In this document: one piece after another, positions 49,401-61,361 of the stretch
How the letters are laid out: each line of letters starts with the position of its first letter
Numbering within the stretch: the stretch's first letter is position 1
Origin: Marsupella aquatica
Lineage: Eukaryota > Plantae > Marchantiophyta
Assembly (NCBI GenBank): GCA_973895155.1
Contig: OZ316891.1
Span: forward strand, 17,077,651-17,141,650
Direction: 5' to 3'
DNA length: 64,000 bases
Program-made: the position numbers and the translations under genes
The notes under the pieces: generated by a model
Databases searched by the model: none
What the model saw: the letters and a program-made list of their open reading frames with translations, nothing else
What the model was told of the DNA's origin: nothing

Positions 49401-51130
49401 ATCGTTTCGCTCGCTTTTGATTCTTGAGTGTGTAGTCTTCCTTGTCCGGGTACTTGGACATCCACATCGTATTGAAAAACTTACCTTTCACTGCATCCCC
49501 AAATTTTTTAAAATCATTGCACACTATTTCAACGAGTGAATCATAAGACTCACACTTCCATTCCTCCAATCGATTGGAAGGAATTATTTCACTGATTTGC
49601 TGGAGGGCAGTCTGCAGCATACCAATAGCAATTCCCTCCACGCTATTCCAAGTTTGTCAAGTGTGGCACCACTGCTTCACAGGGTCATCACTAACACTTT
49701 GTGGATGAAAGAACTGCTTCCTGAGCTCTGGCGTGCAATGCGCTACTAACAAAGTGCTCCTCAATTTGGGGTCGAGTGCGAAGACTGCTGTAAATAACCT
49801 GGCATGATCCATGGTACAGACAACCGCATCCGGTTTCTTCTCGCGTTTGTTCACCTCGGTCATCGGATACATCTCAGCATAGGTTGTCATGAAGTCTTCA
49901 AACTCTGGACTCAACAAGGGAGTGATCTTTGAGACCTTGATCGCCCAATCCTTCGTTGCTTCTTTCATCATGACCGCATGTCGTTTGGATGTCTCTTCCT
50001 GAGACCAAGGATTTCCCTGAGCGGTAGCCGACTCCATGTCCATCTTGAATTTTCAAGAATAGGATTTAATCTTATTCTCGCATAAGATATACAGAAGTGC
50101 TCCTTGAGGCATTTTCTTGGAATACCACCATCCTTTTCGAGTCTTCTGCATCACCTGCCCAAACTTTTTGAAGTTTGCCCCATCGATGATTGATTTGTAG
50201 TATTCTAGATCGTTGGACAAAATCCTCTTAATTCGGTCTGCATCAAGTATCCAGGAAGGTTCCACCACGGCCTGTCCAAGTCTACAGAAGAATTTGTCAG
50301 TCAATAGCGCCAGGCGCTAGTAAAAACTACACTATAAAAGATAAGGATAAGTGAAATTCAACGAGAGACTTACTGGTTCACAGTATGCATAGCCGCCTCA
50401 ATCTCAATCAAAGATCCCTTTTCACCCTTGAAGATAGTACATTGCACACGCGGGTGATACTTGATGTAAAGTCTTCCGGATTTTCTTTTGTAACGATCGA
50501 CCATGTGTAAAGTCGATGGTTACCGTCAAAAATGTAAAACATCTTATCTTGTAACACCATGAAGTCTGGATCGGCCGCACATTCAGCTTCAAACTTCTCG
50601 TTCTCGGCCACCCACATCGGGTCCCAGGAAGCTCGAATTTCTGGAGTACACGTCTGGACATTCCCATTCAAATCTGTCGGCTGGACATAGAACAACATTC
50701 CAATTTTTGAGTTGTATCCTGTGCTACGAAAAGAGTCCTTCAACTTTTCAATTGAAGGACTTCCCTTCTGTAAGGTGCGGACAACTTCCATGTGAACCAA
50801 GCGGCACATTGGAATCCTTGGGGGGTCTTTGTCGTGCCCTCGAAAATCTTTGCCAAACACCATAACATGCTTGGAGATAACGTCGGACATCGTCAGTGAC
50901 ATTTCTCCTCAATCTTCCACAGCATATGTGTCGAGATCGTCCATCTTCGCTCTCCTGCTCTTCGGAAATGTGACTACAGAGACTGTTTTGGGAGCTTGGG
51001 ATGCTGTAGACCGTGTCACTCGACGACTGTAAACAGATCCAGAAAACGAGCACTCGGATGTCTGCGAATGGATCTGCTCTCTCTGCCCATTAGCACTATA
51101 CCCATGCGAGGTAGTGGGGAGAAGGTCCAT
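46440..51130 (-). pseudogene. Spliced gene: ParB/Srx-like N-terminal domain fused to a beta-class N6A/N4C DNA-methyltransferase-like domain
   Basis: Phase-compatible exons 51130-50374, 50281-48948, 48789-48086, 47966-47401 and 47281 to about 46976; later exons uncertain. FYIFDGNHRL at about 50513-50540. LPVGFMQTVLELFTIPKDIVIDWTVGSGSTFIAGDYSGRFVIGLE resembles MTase motifs X-I-II. GFIYLPTG lies at the DPPY position, followed by FLSDDGML. Three stops and one frameshift. Confidence 0.75.
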
Positions 51131-52089
51131 GTTTCTCAGACACGAAGTGCTTCACGATCGTGATGAGTACCTCATTCATACCGTACTTCTTCTAGAGAAT
51201 TCTTGCACGAAGAACCTCCGAAACGGAACCTAAATACAGCGGACAAGGGAGGGGGGGAGAGTATCATCTCTAAACTATCCCCTTGCTACTTTGATATCTA
51301 TCTCTTGAGCACCACTTGTCAATTCTGGATTAGTTGTCCGAATACCGTTGGCATATCTTCGACGTTACGCGACCTAACGTTACCGTTGAATATGACCGTT
51401 AAAGAACAGTTCGTTGAATTTAATATATATTCCTAGTTCAAATCTGATATTGGTCAATAGTAGCGCCTGGCGCTACTCAAAATCATCACAATTTAAACCA
51501 TAAAATTTCCCAAAGTTAGGTCAACATTCACCCTCAAGTATACAATAAAAAGCCAAATGAATACAATTTTTGAATATTTTTCCATAAATGAATGTCATGA
51601 TTACCGTTTTGGATTAGCGCCCGGCGCTAATATTAAATGGGCACATTTTGGTAATATTTTAGATAATATTAATAAAATTAGCTACAAACATTTAGTATTT
51701 ATTCTGAAACCCGGATAAAACATTTCAGTTTTATACCATAATTTATGGTGTGTGTTTGAGTAGCGCCTGGCGCTACTCATATATTTCACCATTTTGGGTC
51801 CATGTTGAAGGTAGGATGTTTGAGTAGCGTCGGGCGCTACTCAATTAACATGATTTAATTATCATGATTATGCTCTTTGGAAACGGACATCTTAGGCTCA
51901 TTAGTGTAAATGTCGTTGACATAACGACAAAAAACATTTATTGTGTCAGATGTGCTTTTGACCGGTAGTGTTTCTGTCGTATTATAACGGCTCTGACAAA
52001 CGGATTATTCACTATGAATACCATTGTGTACATTCGAAGACGTCATTCATTATCGTGAACTGAGTGTTTTTGGCTTGGATGATCTTAAA

Positions 52090-55000
52090 ATGTCGAGGTC
52101 AATCGTTCTGACGCGTCCGTCTACCGGTGACCTTGTATCCATTCCATTGTCGGCCAATGACGTATACAAGCAAGTTAGTGAGAATTATCTCTGTGGGCGC
52201 TTTGGTTTGGATTTGAACGACATTGAGGACATTTTGGAGGAGGGAAATGGAGATGAAGCGTCTAATTTCACTACTTCTTTTGATGTTGATGACGGGATTC
52301 GTTTTTGGCACCTGAATGCAGGAATTCGGTATTCTATTGTCATTCGAAAACCAGTCGCATCCGATCTCCCATCTTCATCCAAACCCTTTGTTGATGTTGT
52401 CCTGCTTTCAGATAGCGACGATGATGGACCTGCTTTGCTTGAGCGTAGTGATAAATCCCCTCACACCGTTGTTAAACAGGAGGTTACCCCTGTTAAACAA
52501 GAGGTTACAGCAGTTTTTACCAAAAATTCCATTGTGTATCGGAGAAGTGCAATGGATACCATTCTCAAGTCAACTAGTTCCAGTGAAATCTCGAGGTTCA
52601 TCGCGGCTGGGGACTTCTTCCATGAACAAGTTGACTGTTTGCCAAAGAAATACAATGGAAATATTGTATTCGAGTTGCCTCCTGCGACGACATCTCTTTC
52701 GAAGGGGTCACGTCTACGCGACATGGACCGGTCAAAGGATTGCTACATCTGGACCAGAATATTTCCTACATCAGCTAATGTTCATCCCAAGAAATATTGG
52801 GAATTTGGTAAAGTAACGTGCACTGGTTCCATTGAGTGTAGGAATAATACTTGCGACTATTTTCAGCGGAAGAAAAGGAGGAACCAGAAGGCCTGGGGTG
52901 GAACCCCCAAACTTGGCGGGCAACATCGTGTTTGCTCCTTCATTGACGAAGGTGGAGTTGTTTGCCAATTTTGTGATCAAGTTCCATTTTGTGTCCAATC
53001 CTGTCCAGCAAGGTTATTTTACATGTACCCCCAGGTTCTAGTTGACTCAGAAACCTGTACTCACATGTCCCGCTTGGCAATTCATATGGGGATCCACAAC
53101 CATCCTTCAAGAAAGGTGTTTTCTTGGAGCGCAGAGAAGATTGTTGAGGAGGTTATCAAAAAGAAATTGGAAGGAAATCCAATTTTCACCCCTGCTGGTG
53201 TAAAAAATGTGGCGACAGGGTCCTTTGTAAAGTCCTTGTGTGAAAGTATGGAAGATATTCAAGATATTGAAGAAACAGAGATATTTGAGTCTCTCATGGT
53301 AGTTTCCACACCCCAGAAGTTTGCGTCCCTCTTTCGTAGTGTTAGACAGGACCAGAAAGGTCGAGGTGAACTAGATTTTCTTGTTCGGTATCAAAGAAAT
53401 ATCAACATGCCTTTCCTCCAAAGGTACCTCCTACCAGGTCAAGGATCTCAAGAAGACCGTCCTCACATATTCAAGATGACTTCGATTGGCCATGGATCAG
53501 GCGTTGATCTTTTGAGACAAATGCAACCTGGTGGAAGTCTCGAAGGTGCTTGGGTAAGTTTTGATGTGATGAAACGACTTACAAAAGACTGGGTTACTTT
53601 TAGTGCGCATATTTATGATCACAACTATCGTGCTCTGTGTACCTTGTTCACCTGCAAACTAAAAGCAGAGGATACAGAGTCGTTCGAGAAGGCTTGGAGA
53701 CTAATGATTGAGGTGTCCAAAGAGAATGGATTAGAAAATCCGATTATTCATGGATTCATGGCGGACAATGCTCAAGCTGGTTGGCTGGCAGTCCGAAATG
53801 TCTTTTTTGGAGGGCATCCAAACCCTGAGCGTGAGCGAACTGATGCATTCCATTTCTACCAAGCCTTCCATCGCCATTCGATTGAAGGAGTGATTGAAGA
53901 TAGTCAAGCAGAGCATCGTAGGCTTTGGGATAAGATGCGACATGCCCCCACGTTTGTATAGGCTTATAGAATTTCAAGGGAGATTGATTTGTGGTGGCAG
54001 TCGGGTAACTATGTCCCCGAGAAGCTCCGAATGCTCCAGAGTTGGATTTCATGGTGGGTCGTCAGGTGGAGACAATGGGGAAATTTTATTCGTTTGGTAA
54101 GTTAGTTTACTTTGCTTTCCGCTCTTTAGGTATTGCAGTGCTATATTCTCATTTCAAAATGCTTGTATCCATATTCAAATATTACAATACCATAGCATCC
54201 TTTAATACTAGCGCCTGGCGCTATCATTTATGCAAACTGTCATATGACACAATAGGACGAAATAAGTTGTCCCTTAATGTACAGTGCCAGTTTTGACTTC
54301 TAAGGACAGAGTCCACTTCACTAGCGCCCGACGCTAGTGTTTTCTTGTTCTATAACAGACACTTTATTCTATGTGATTGCAGAACAAGAGTGTCGAAGAA
54401 GGGGCTAAGATTCCTAATTGTACAGGATTAGAGTCCGTGCACGCAGGTATGAAAGCATGGGTAATGAAGAAAAAGGTTGGGCTCTTTGAGGCATGTGAAA
54501 TGGACCAAAATCGAGCTATTTCTCAGGTTGCTGCTTACACTGCGTATCGGAAAGGGTTGCATAGAGGAAAAGGTCCCACAATTTGGGAACTCGCTTTCCG
54601 ATCAGCGGACCAAGCAGGCTCCCCCAAGTTGTATGAAGATGCAATGAATATGCTACTGTCCAACGCTGCCGAGTTTGACTTGGAGAGACGTGCACCTCTC
54701 AATGGAGACGTTGTCACCAAGTCTTTGAAGAGGAAAGGACATGCATCTGGGAATATCTCGCCACAAGACTCCCATAGGCATGATAAAATCCTTGTCACCT
54801 CGCCCAATACTAGATCGATGAAAAGGAAGAATCTTAATCGCATGGAGTTTGATGCTATCCCTGGCCCCACACCTCAAGTTGATCCTGTTGTTAATCTGTC
54901 TGGAAGTGACATATCGGGCGGTGGAGAAGATGTCGATTTCAATACCCCTCCTGCTCGAGACCGAACGCGTTCAACGAGGCTTCCCCAGACTACTCCCTCC

Positions 55001-55909
55001 GTGCTTCAGCAACCGTTACAAGAGTGTCCTGTCCGTGAGACGGAGGTTGCTCTAGCTGCATGGCAAATACGTCGAACTTCAAAATTTGGCGCTGGTCCTC
55101 AGTGCAACGGATCATTTTCCCGTAATTCTGAAAGAGATGAGTGTCGCAATCGCGTGAAAAAAGTTGGATTTCCCTCACCACATGGTGTTATCGGTATTGT
55201 TGTCAAAGGTCAACGGATTTTCATGGGGGAACCCATAACCGAAATGATTTGGTTTTGCCCAAACAATACATGTTACAGAAGCCGCCCGCGTCGAGGTGTC
55301 TTGAATTTGCCCCCTTTCCCTGATGTTCTTCCCATTTTGAAAGGGACAAATGTTTCGGAGGACGAGCTGCAATATCTTCTTGATAACGGAATCTCCCTAG
55401 TGCGCGGAAATGAACTTACAACTAGACCCCCGTCAGATTTTGATCTTCGAAGCAATGTCAATATCTTTCCAGAACATGTGAATCTTCTCGAACCCAATGT
55501 TCGTCTCCGAAGCCGGAATGGGAGGAATACGGTTCCTCGGTCAAATCTTACCCAGGGTCACATGAACAGAATTGCGTCTGCAAAAAAACAGACGATGTAC
55601 ATTCAGGGAGAGTGGGATGTTGCGATTGGGAATGCATGGGGAAAATAGTTTAAGGTGCAAACGCATGAAAATATGCGGACGCCAAATTGTTACTTTGTTC
55701 AAATTTGCATTTTCCCCACTTGCTCGTGTGAGGATTTCTACCGGCAACATTCCCAGAAACATCCATATATGCCTTGCAAACATTTGTATTGGATTTTCCT
55801 TACCGTTTTCAAACTAGACGTTGAGGAATCTACATTGACCAGCCAACCAATTCTCACTGTTGGAGAGGTTCGGCTCATATTAGAGAGGCAAAATGATCAT
55901 CGTTTATAG
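52090..55909 (+). pseudogene. MULE-type DDE transposase with GCM/WRKY-like zinc domain and SWIM finger; two premature stops
   Basis: Cys/His domain (CTGSIEC..C..CQFC..CPAR..GIHNHP); WVSFDVMKR; GFMADNAQA; RTDAFH at the CxxH position; phase-0 intron 54097-54382; GLESVHAGMK (third acidic residue); SWIM CSCEDF..PCKH. TAG at 53959-53961 and 55646-55648. Confidence 0.85.
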
Positions 55910-56784
55910 CATGAATCATGATGATGTAGGTTGTATTATTGGTCCAAACGGTTATATTGATTTTGTCGGATGTCAACGGTATAGTGTTATTGATGTCGCA
56001 TCATGTTTTGTTAGCGCCAGGCGCTGGTAAATTTTTCGTCTAGGCTACACCGTTAAATGTCATTGTGTTGTGATTTATGTTCTCAACGCCAACTATTTTT
56101 TTCCTTGAATAACGATAAGATAGCGCCAGGCGCTAGTCAATCCGTTGTTCGCTTTTATTTTGGACCACATAATGACATAAAGTTTTGGGCTGCGTTGATT
56201 TTGTATTATTTTCATATATTTTGTTGCCGATTGTGGTGGGACCTACCATTTTGTGCGCATTCCTTGACATTTTTATGTATGCTCCCCCTTGTTTGTGTTG
56301 GGATATAAGGTTCAATTATTATGTGGTTCAGCAATTCATTACAAGGTATCCTCCCTCACCGCAATGGACTAACTCCAACTTCAACAATTCTAAACTGCTG
56401 ATTGTGTGTTCTTTCCCCTGGTACAAGATGTTTTTTCCTGGTAACAGCATAAGGCAAACAGGAAAAGTATTTCCTGTTTGCCTGTTTGCTGTCTCCGTCG
56501 CTATACCCGACTTTCCTTCTCTCTTAGAATGAAGCATTGAACAATTGTGGGTCTTCTCCTTACTTCTTGTGGGACTTTTTGTCATAAATGCATTTGATTG
56601 TGATAATTCCATGACTTTTGGGAGATGTTTAGATTTAACCTAATGCTCTCAACGAGGCTCGCCTAGCCATCAAACCACGTTGTGTTTCCTACTGATGAAC
56701 TATATTCCTTAATCATTTTTGGGCCTTTATTCGATAGGATTACATTGGATCCCTTCAGGAAAATTGACGCAAAAATTTCTATCA

Positions 56785-57215
56785 TCCGATACAATTCCTA
56801 ACGCACTTTGCGATGCCCAAACCATCGCATATCGACCATCGGACTTCCATCGGACTTTCCGATATTTTGGGCAACGGATGTTCCGTTGTAACGTGTTACG
56901 GATATTTTATGTCCGATGTAAAATGAATCGGATAACTAACACGCGATGGCACACGACGATTTCCTATGTCCGATCCTATTTAAATCGGGATGTCTGATAG
57001 ATTTGATATGGCAATTTGCGAAGTAATTTGTATCGGACATTGCGTTATTTATAAAAACGGAAAGTGCGTTATTTTTTGTATCGGACTATCCGATAGATTT
57101 AAGATGGGAACCGCGAAGGAGGGGTCTGATGCACTGGGGATGGGAAAGTTTGAAGGCAGCAACATCGGACACTGCTATATTACCGATACGGATGGTAACG
57201 GACTTGCAACGGATT
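56785..57215. repeat. Subterminal array of ATCGGA/TCCGAT motifs in both orientations
   Basis: More than a dozen TCCGAT/ATCGGA-like hexamers, as expected for CACTA subterminal repeats. Confidence 0.75.
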
Positions 57216-57549
57216 ATCAAATGTTCTGGGGGTGGAATACAGGGTTTCATGGGTGGTTTTTTGGGGGTTTGGGTATTGTTTTAGGGTTGAAGGTGACATA
57301 CACCAATTAGGAACCAAAGATAATGCTATAAACACGAGGTCAAAATATCATATTAAAAAAGGGGATCACCCCAATATGTACAAAATGGATTAGGCCTACC
57401 GGGTAGACCCATCCTGGTCGTGATGGCACGATAGAAGATGTAAAGAGAGCTTTGACTAGAGACTAAACTAGCTATATACAAGGTACCTCCTAGTGAGTGT
57501 CTAATCAAAGTTGTCTAGCACTAGATACCCACCTAAATGCAACTAACCT

Positions 57550-59658
57550 CTAAAAAGGTGTGTTGCGTCCCTTCTTCTTCTTTGGGCGAGAATGAAGGGT
57601 GGGTACAGGTCTAGCATCATGAGAGCCCTCCTCCCTCTGGCTGCCCACAACGGTGGCAGCCACCTGCTCACCAGATGGCATGGGTTGGCCTGATGCAGGC
57701 CTAGACCCTGACCCACTAGATGCACCGCTAGGGTGGTTAGGCAAGGTAGATGTCCCACCAACCCCCAATACTACAGAGTGAAAGGAGGCCTCAGCTCCTC
57801 CCGCAGACCTGCTAGAGTGATGGGATGGTGCGCCGACAGATCCTGTGGGTGGCCCATGTCGTGCTGTACTCCCACCAGACTCACGAGATGGTGCGCGCCC
57901 TCTAGATCCACCATCCGGCACGTCGCCACTACCTCGTCGGGAAGGGCCACCTGCACCAAATACTCCTACATGGTGGCCTCGTCCCATGCCATCACCTCTA
58001 CTACCCCCTGAGTCCCTGGACCCCGCACCCCGTGATGCTCCAGAGCGATGGGAGCCCACACCATCAGCAGCATGTGACCCACCCCTCCCTGCTGATGGGG
58101 CAACGGCACCAGATGGGGCAACAACACCTTGGACCTGAGGAGTAGGGGTGACTGTGGGCACCCTCCCCAACCCTGCCTCAGCATCTTGCTCAGAATCTTA
58201 GTCCAACTCCTCCGACCCAAACCCCTCCTCATCCTGCGCAATAGGGTTTAATTGCGGTTAGAATGAATGGTCCCGACCATAACTCTAACAAATTCATGAC
58301 AACCTTAAACATTATGTCACCCTAGGGTGAACACTTACCTCTCCCAACTCATCCTCAAGTACGTTCATTCAAAAATTTAAATGTTTTGCCAAGGGGTCCG
58401 ATGCAGAGTCCGATACAACCTGCATTGGACGTCTATCGGATGCGTAACAGGAAAAATGGCATGACACGGTGTCCAATGCTGATTCCGATGCAAAACCTAT
58501 TGGATGAGTATCGGAAAGAACAGGCCCGAAGCAAAAACGAGTTTTGCAAAGGGTTTAAACAAAAGATATAAGGCACAAACAACTCATTCTTCGTGCGAGG
58601 AGTCAGGTGATCAGGGAGTCGAGGTGGGGAGGAGAGGGAGGGCACTTACAAACTCAGCCTTCAATCGATTGGAGCCGCCTTGCCCCATCCGGTGAGTGAT
58701 GTTGGCCTCCCTGCACTCTCTCCAATGCTGCTATGATGTGCCTTGGTGGTTTGGGGAGTCTTGCTGCCTGAGCTGCCCATTGTTGCAGGTTCTGTTGAAG
58801 GGGGAGGATATCAACATTCTCCCCAGCCTTTTGCTTCTGCTCTGCCAGCCTAATTTTGTTGTCCCAATGTCTTCTTTTCAGCCAGGCACGGATTGAGAGT
58901 TCCTCCTCAAGCCAAGCCGCCCACTCATCCGGGGAAACATCATCTGGACAACCCTCCTCCCTGATCACCTTTGCATCCACTGCCATATCTCCAAGGTACT
59001 TTCTGAATTTCTCTCGCTGATGATTGCGCATGTCTGAGAGTGATGCTGAAATTTGTTTGTTTAGGAACCTGTCATCAATGTAGGCCCCGTTCCTGAACCG
59101 TTCTTTCACCTGCTCTCTGATTCTCAATCTCTCTTCCTCCTTCTTCTTGCCCCAGTAATCCAGTGGCCCCAAATTGGCCCTCAGCACCTGCTTGAATTGG
59201 CTTCGGAATAGATGGTAGCTCTTAGGCAATGGACCACCACCCAAATTGAGAGCTAGCTCAGGCCTGAGAGCTCTCTCTGCCTCCTTTCGCCTCTGCTCCT
59301 CCAATCGCACCTTCTCAATTGCCCTAGCTTCTTTTTGAAGCTTTTTCTCTCGTTTTCTTGGAGACAGTGTCTCCTCTGCATCCCCCTTGCCTCTCTTTGC
59401 CTCTTTCTTCCTCTTCTTTGCCTCCTTCTCACTTGCAATGCTTGCAGCAGCAGTCTTCTCTGCCTCACGCCGAGAGGCATCAATCAGCGTTTGGAGGAGT
59501 GGGACTACTCTCTCCGCGTCCTCCACACTCAGCCCTGCCTTGGCCACGAAAATGTCCCTCATAACTTCATTGTATGGCTGGGACGGTCCCCCTTGCTCTC
59601 CACCACCACCTGATCCCCCTTGGTCTCCCCCACCACCTGATCCCCCGCCCCCCTCCAT
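57550..59658 (-). pseudogene. CACTA TnpA/Ptta-like accessory gene (spliced, one frameshift)
   Basis: YWGKK..F..CPDDVSPDEW and, after a frameshift near 58715, ITHRMGQGG (Ptta-like HxxGxGG). GTAAGT donors at about 58648 and 58339. Gly-rich last exon. Confidence 0.6.
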
Positions 59659-60314
59659 CTCTCCTCCTCCTTCAAGCTCTCCTCCTTGATCCAGCTTCAA
59701 AAAATTTGAAAAACACCAAGTGCAAAACGGGGCCCGACGCGCGGGTCTTCGCACCTGCATCGGTTCTTTTTTCCAAAACAAAACCTGCTGCTTCCGATTC
59801 TTTTTGTTTCGGACTTTGCGAAACCAAAGGTATCGGACACGCAATCGGACTTTCCAAAACTATCTACTTCGGACCCCTTGTCCTTTTCTTGTGGCCGTGT
59901 ATTTACCAAGTGTGGCCCGTTTCCTATTGCATCGGACCCCTCATGAAGTTATATCGGATACCTCTTGGCTTTCCCAAAGGGGTTCCAATATAATGTTTTG
60001 AATTTGGGTTGGGTATGGGATTGGAGGGTTTAGAGTATAATTTAGGATATTTAGGTTTTGTATGGGGTAAGGGCACATGGTTGGAGTTATATTTGCTTTC
60101 ATATTTGAATCCGCGTTTTGTAGGGCTCTACATATGTAAACGGGACAGTGAACGTGTCATGCATGTAGAGGGACCTCTTGCAAGTTTCTTTGTTGCGGAG
60201 AACAAATTTTGGGGTTTGTACCGGACTATGTAATTTTTTTGATAAGCTATGGTCTTGCATGCTTAATATATTGGGCTCTAATTAATGATGCAATTGTGTA
60301 TTGAGTCTTGGTGT

Positions 60315-61025
60315 TTTAGGGGTGGTTGTGGTGATGGGAACTCAATACTATGATATGTAATATAGGATCAAGAAAATACTACAAGAAGTTTTTGTATGAA
60401 CCATTTTTGGGTGAAAGCCTTTTGTTTCATTTCTTTATAGGGGATTATGGGTGTACGTAGAGGTTTTATTAGTATAACATTATACCTTTTGTTAGGATAA
60501 TATTAACCCCTTCATTAGGCTAATCTTTGTGTTTGGATTTGATGTGTAGTACCTTGCTTTTGGAGGGGTGGTTAACTTTTTTTGAGGGGGTAGGGAGGTT
60601 TTGATTTTGGACAATGCACTATGCATGAAACCGTGCATCCAGGAGGTATGATGTCCTCTTGCAAGTTCCTTGCAAGTTTAGGGATGGTTGTGGTGATGGG
60701 AACTCAATACTATGATATATGATAGACAAAATACTACAAGAAGTTTTTGTACGAACCATTTCTTGGTGAAAGCTATTTGGATCATTTCTTTGGAGGGGGT
60801 TTATGGGCTTAGGGTTATGGGGTTTTACTAGGATAAGGTTACACCTTTTCTTAGGATAAGGTTCAACCTCCATATATTAGCTAGGCTAATGGTTGTGTTG
60901 GATTTGATGCACAGTACCTTGCGTTTGGAGGGGTGGTTCAATGTTTGTGAGGGGGTAGGTAGGTTTTGTTTTGGACAATGCACTATGCATAGTGTGAGAC
61001 CGCGCATCCAGGAGGTATGATGTCC
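60315..61025. repeat. Diverged tandem duplication of about 362 bp
   Basis: TGGTTGTGGTGATGGGAACTCAATACTATGATAT and GCATCCAGGAGGTATGATGTCC each occur twice about 362 bp apart. Confidence 0.85.
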
Positions 61026-61361
61026 CCGCTTCACGAGCCGCATCATTTACACTTAATTTGTATGTTGGAATTTTTTTATATGTGGTGTGTTCTTCCTACA
61101 CTCTTTCGCACTTACAGATTATGTATGCTCATCAGCAAAATGCTCACCCATATATGCAGAGATTTTGGATGTCCCACACCTTGTGTGTAGAAAATACGAC
61201 ATAGTAGGCTGGCAAAGCGCGGGTATCATTGAGGTACAACAGGACTTTTGTATCTCATGCATTAATTAATTCTATTTTGATACTCCAACACTTGTCTTCT
61301 TTTATGCAGCTTACATGAATGAGTGTACTTCATGCATGCAGATGCTACTTCTGATAGTTCC

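Larger units (their letters stand above)
46035..56135. repeat. Dispersed 15-bp palindrome TAGCGCCNGGCGCTA (14 near-perfect plus 3 degenerate copies)
   Basis: Starts at 46421, 46894, 48042, 48824, 48896, 50305, 51461, 51615, 51761, 51825, 54209, 54322, 56012 and 56121; degenerate copies at 46035, 46087 and 46147. Confidence 0.95.
45878..56508. mobile_element. Mutator-like (MULE) DNA transposon, 10.6 kb, with two divergent genes
   Basis: 8-bp TSD GACTTTCC at 45870-45877 and 56509-56516. Weak G-starting TIRs with equal spacing (GAGGTGTTTACAAAAGG-CAGTAAACAG vs GGGTATAGCGACGGAGA-CAGCAAACAG). MULE-type transposase inside. Confidence 0.82.

Noticed and set aside
46440-51130. Bacterial or phage contamination (ParB-methyltransferase)
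   Set aside because: The gene has phase-compatible GT-AG introns and sits within a TSD-bounded eukaryotic transposon.
46035-56135. CRISPR array or REP/MITE family
   Set aside because: The repeat is 15 bp, spacing is irregular (about 50 bp to over 2 kb), and there are no cas genes or per-copy TSDs.
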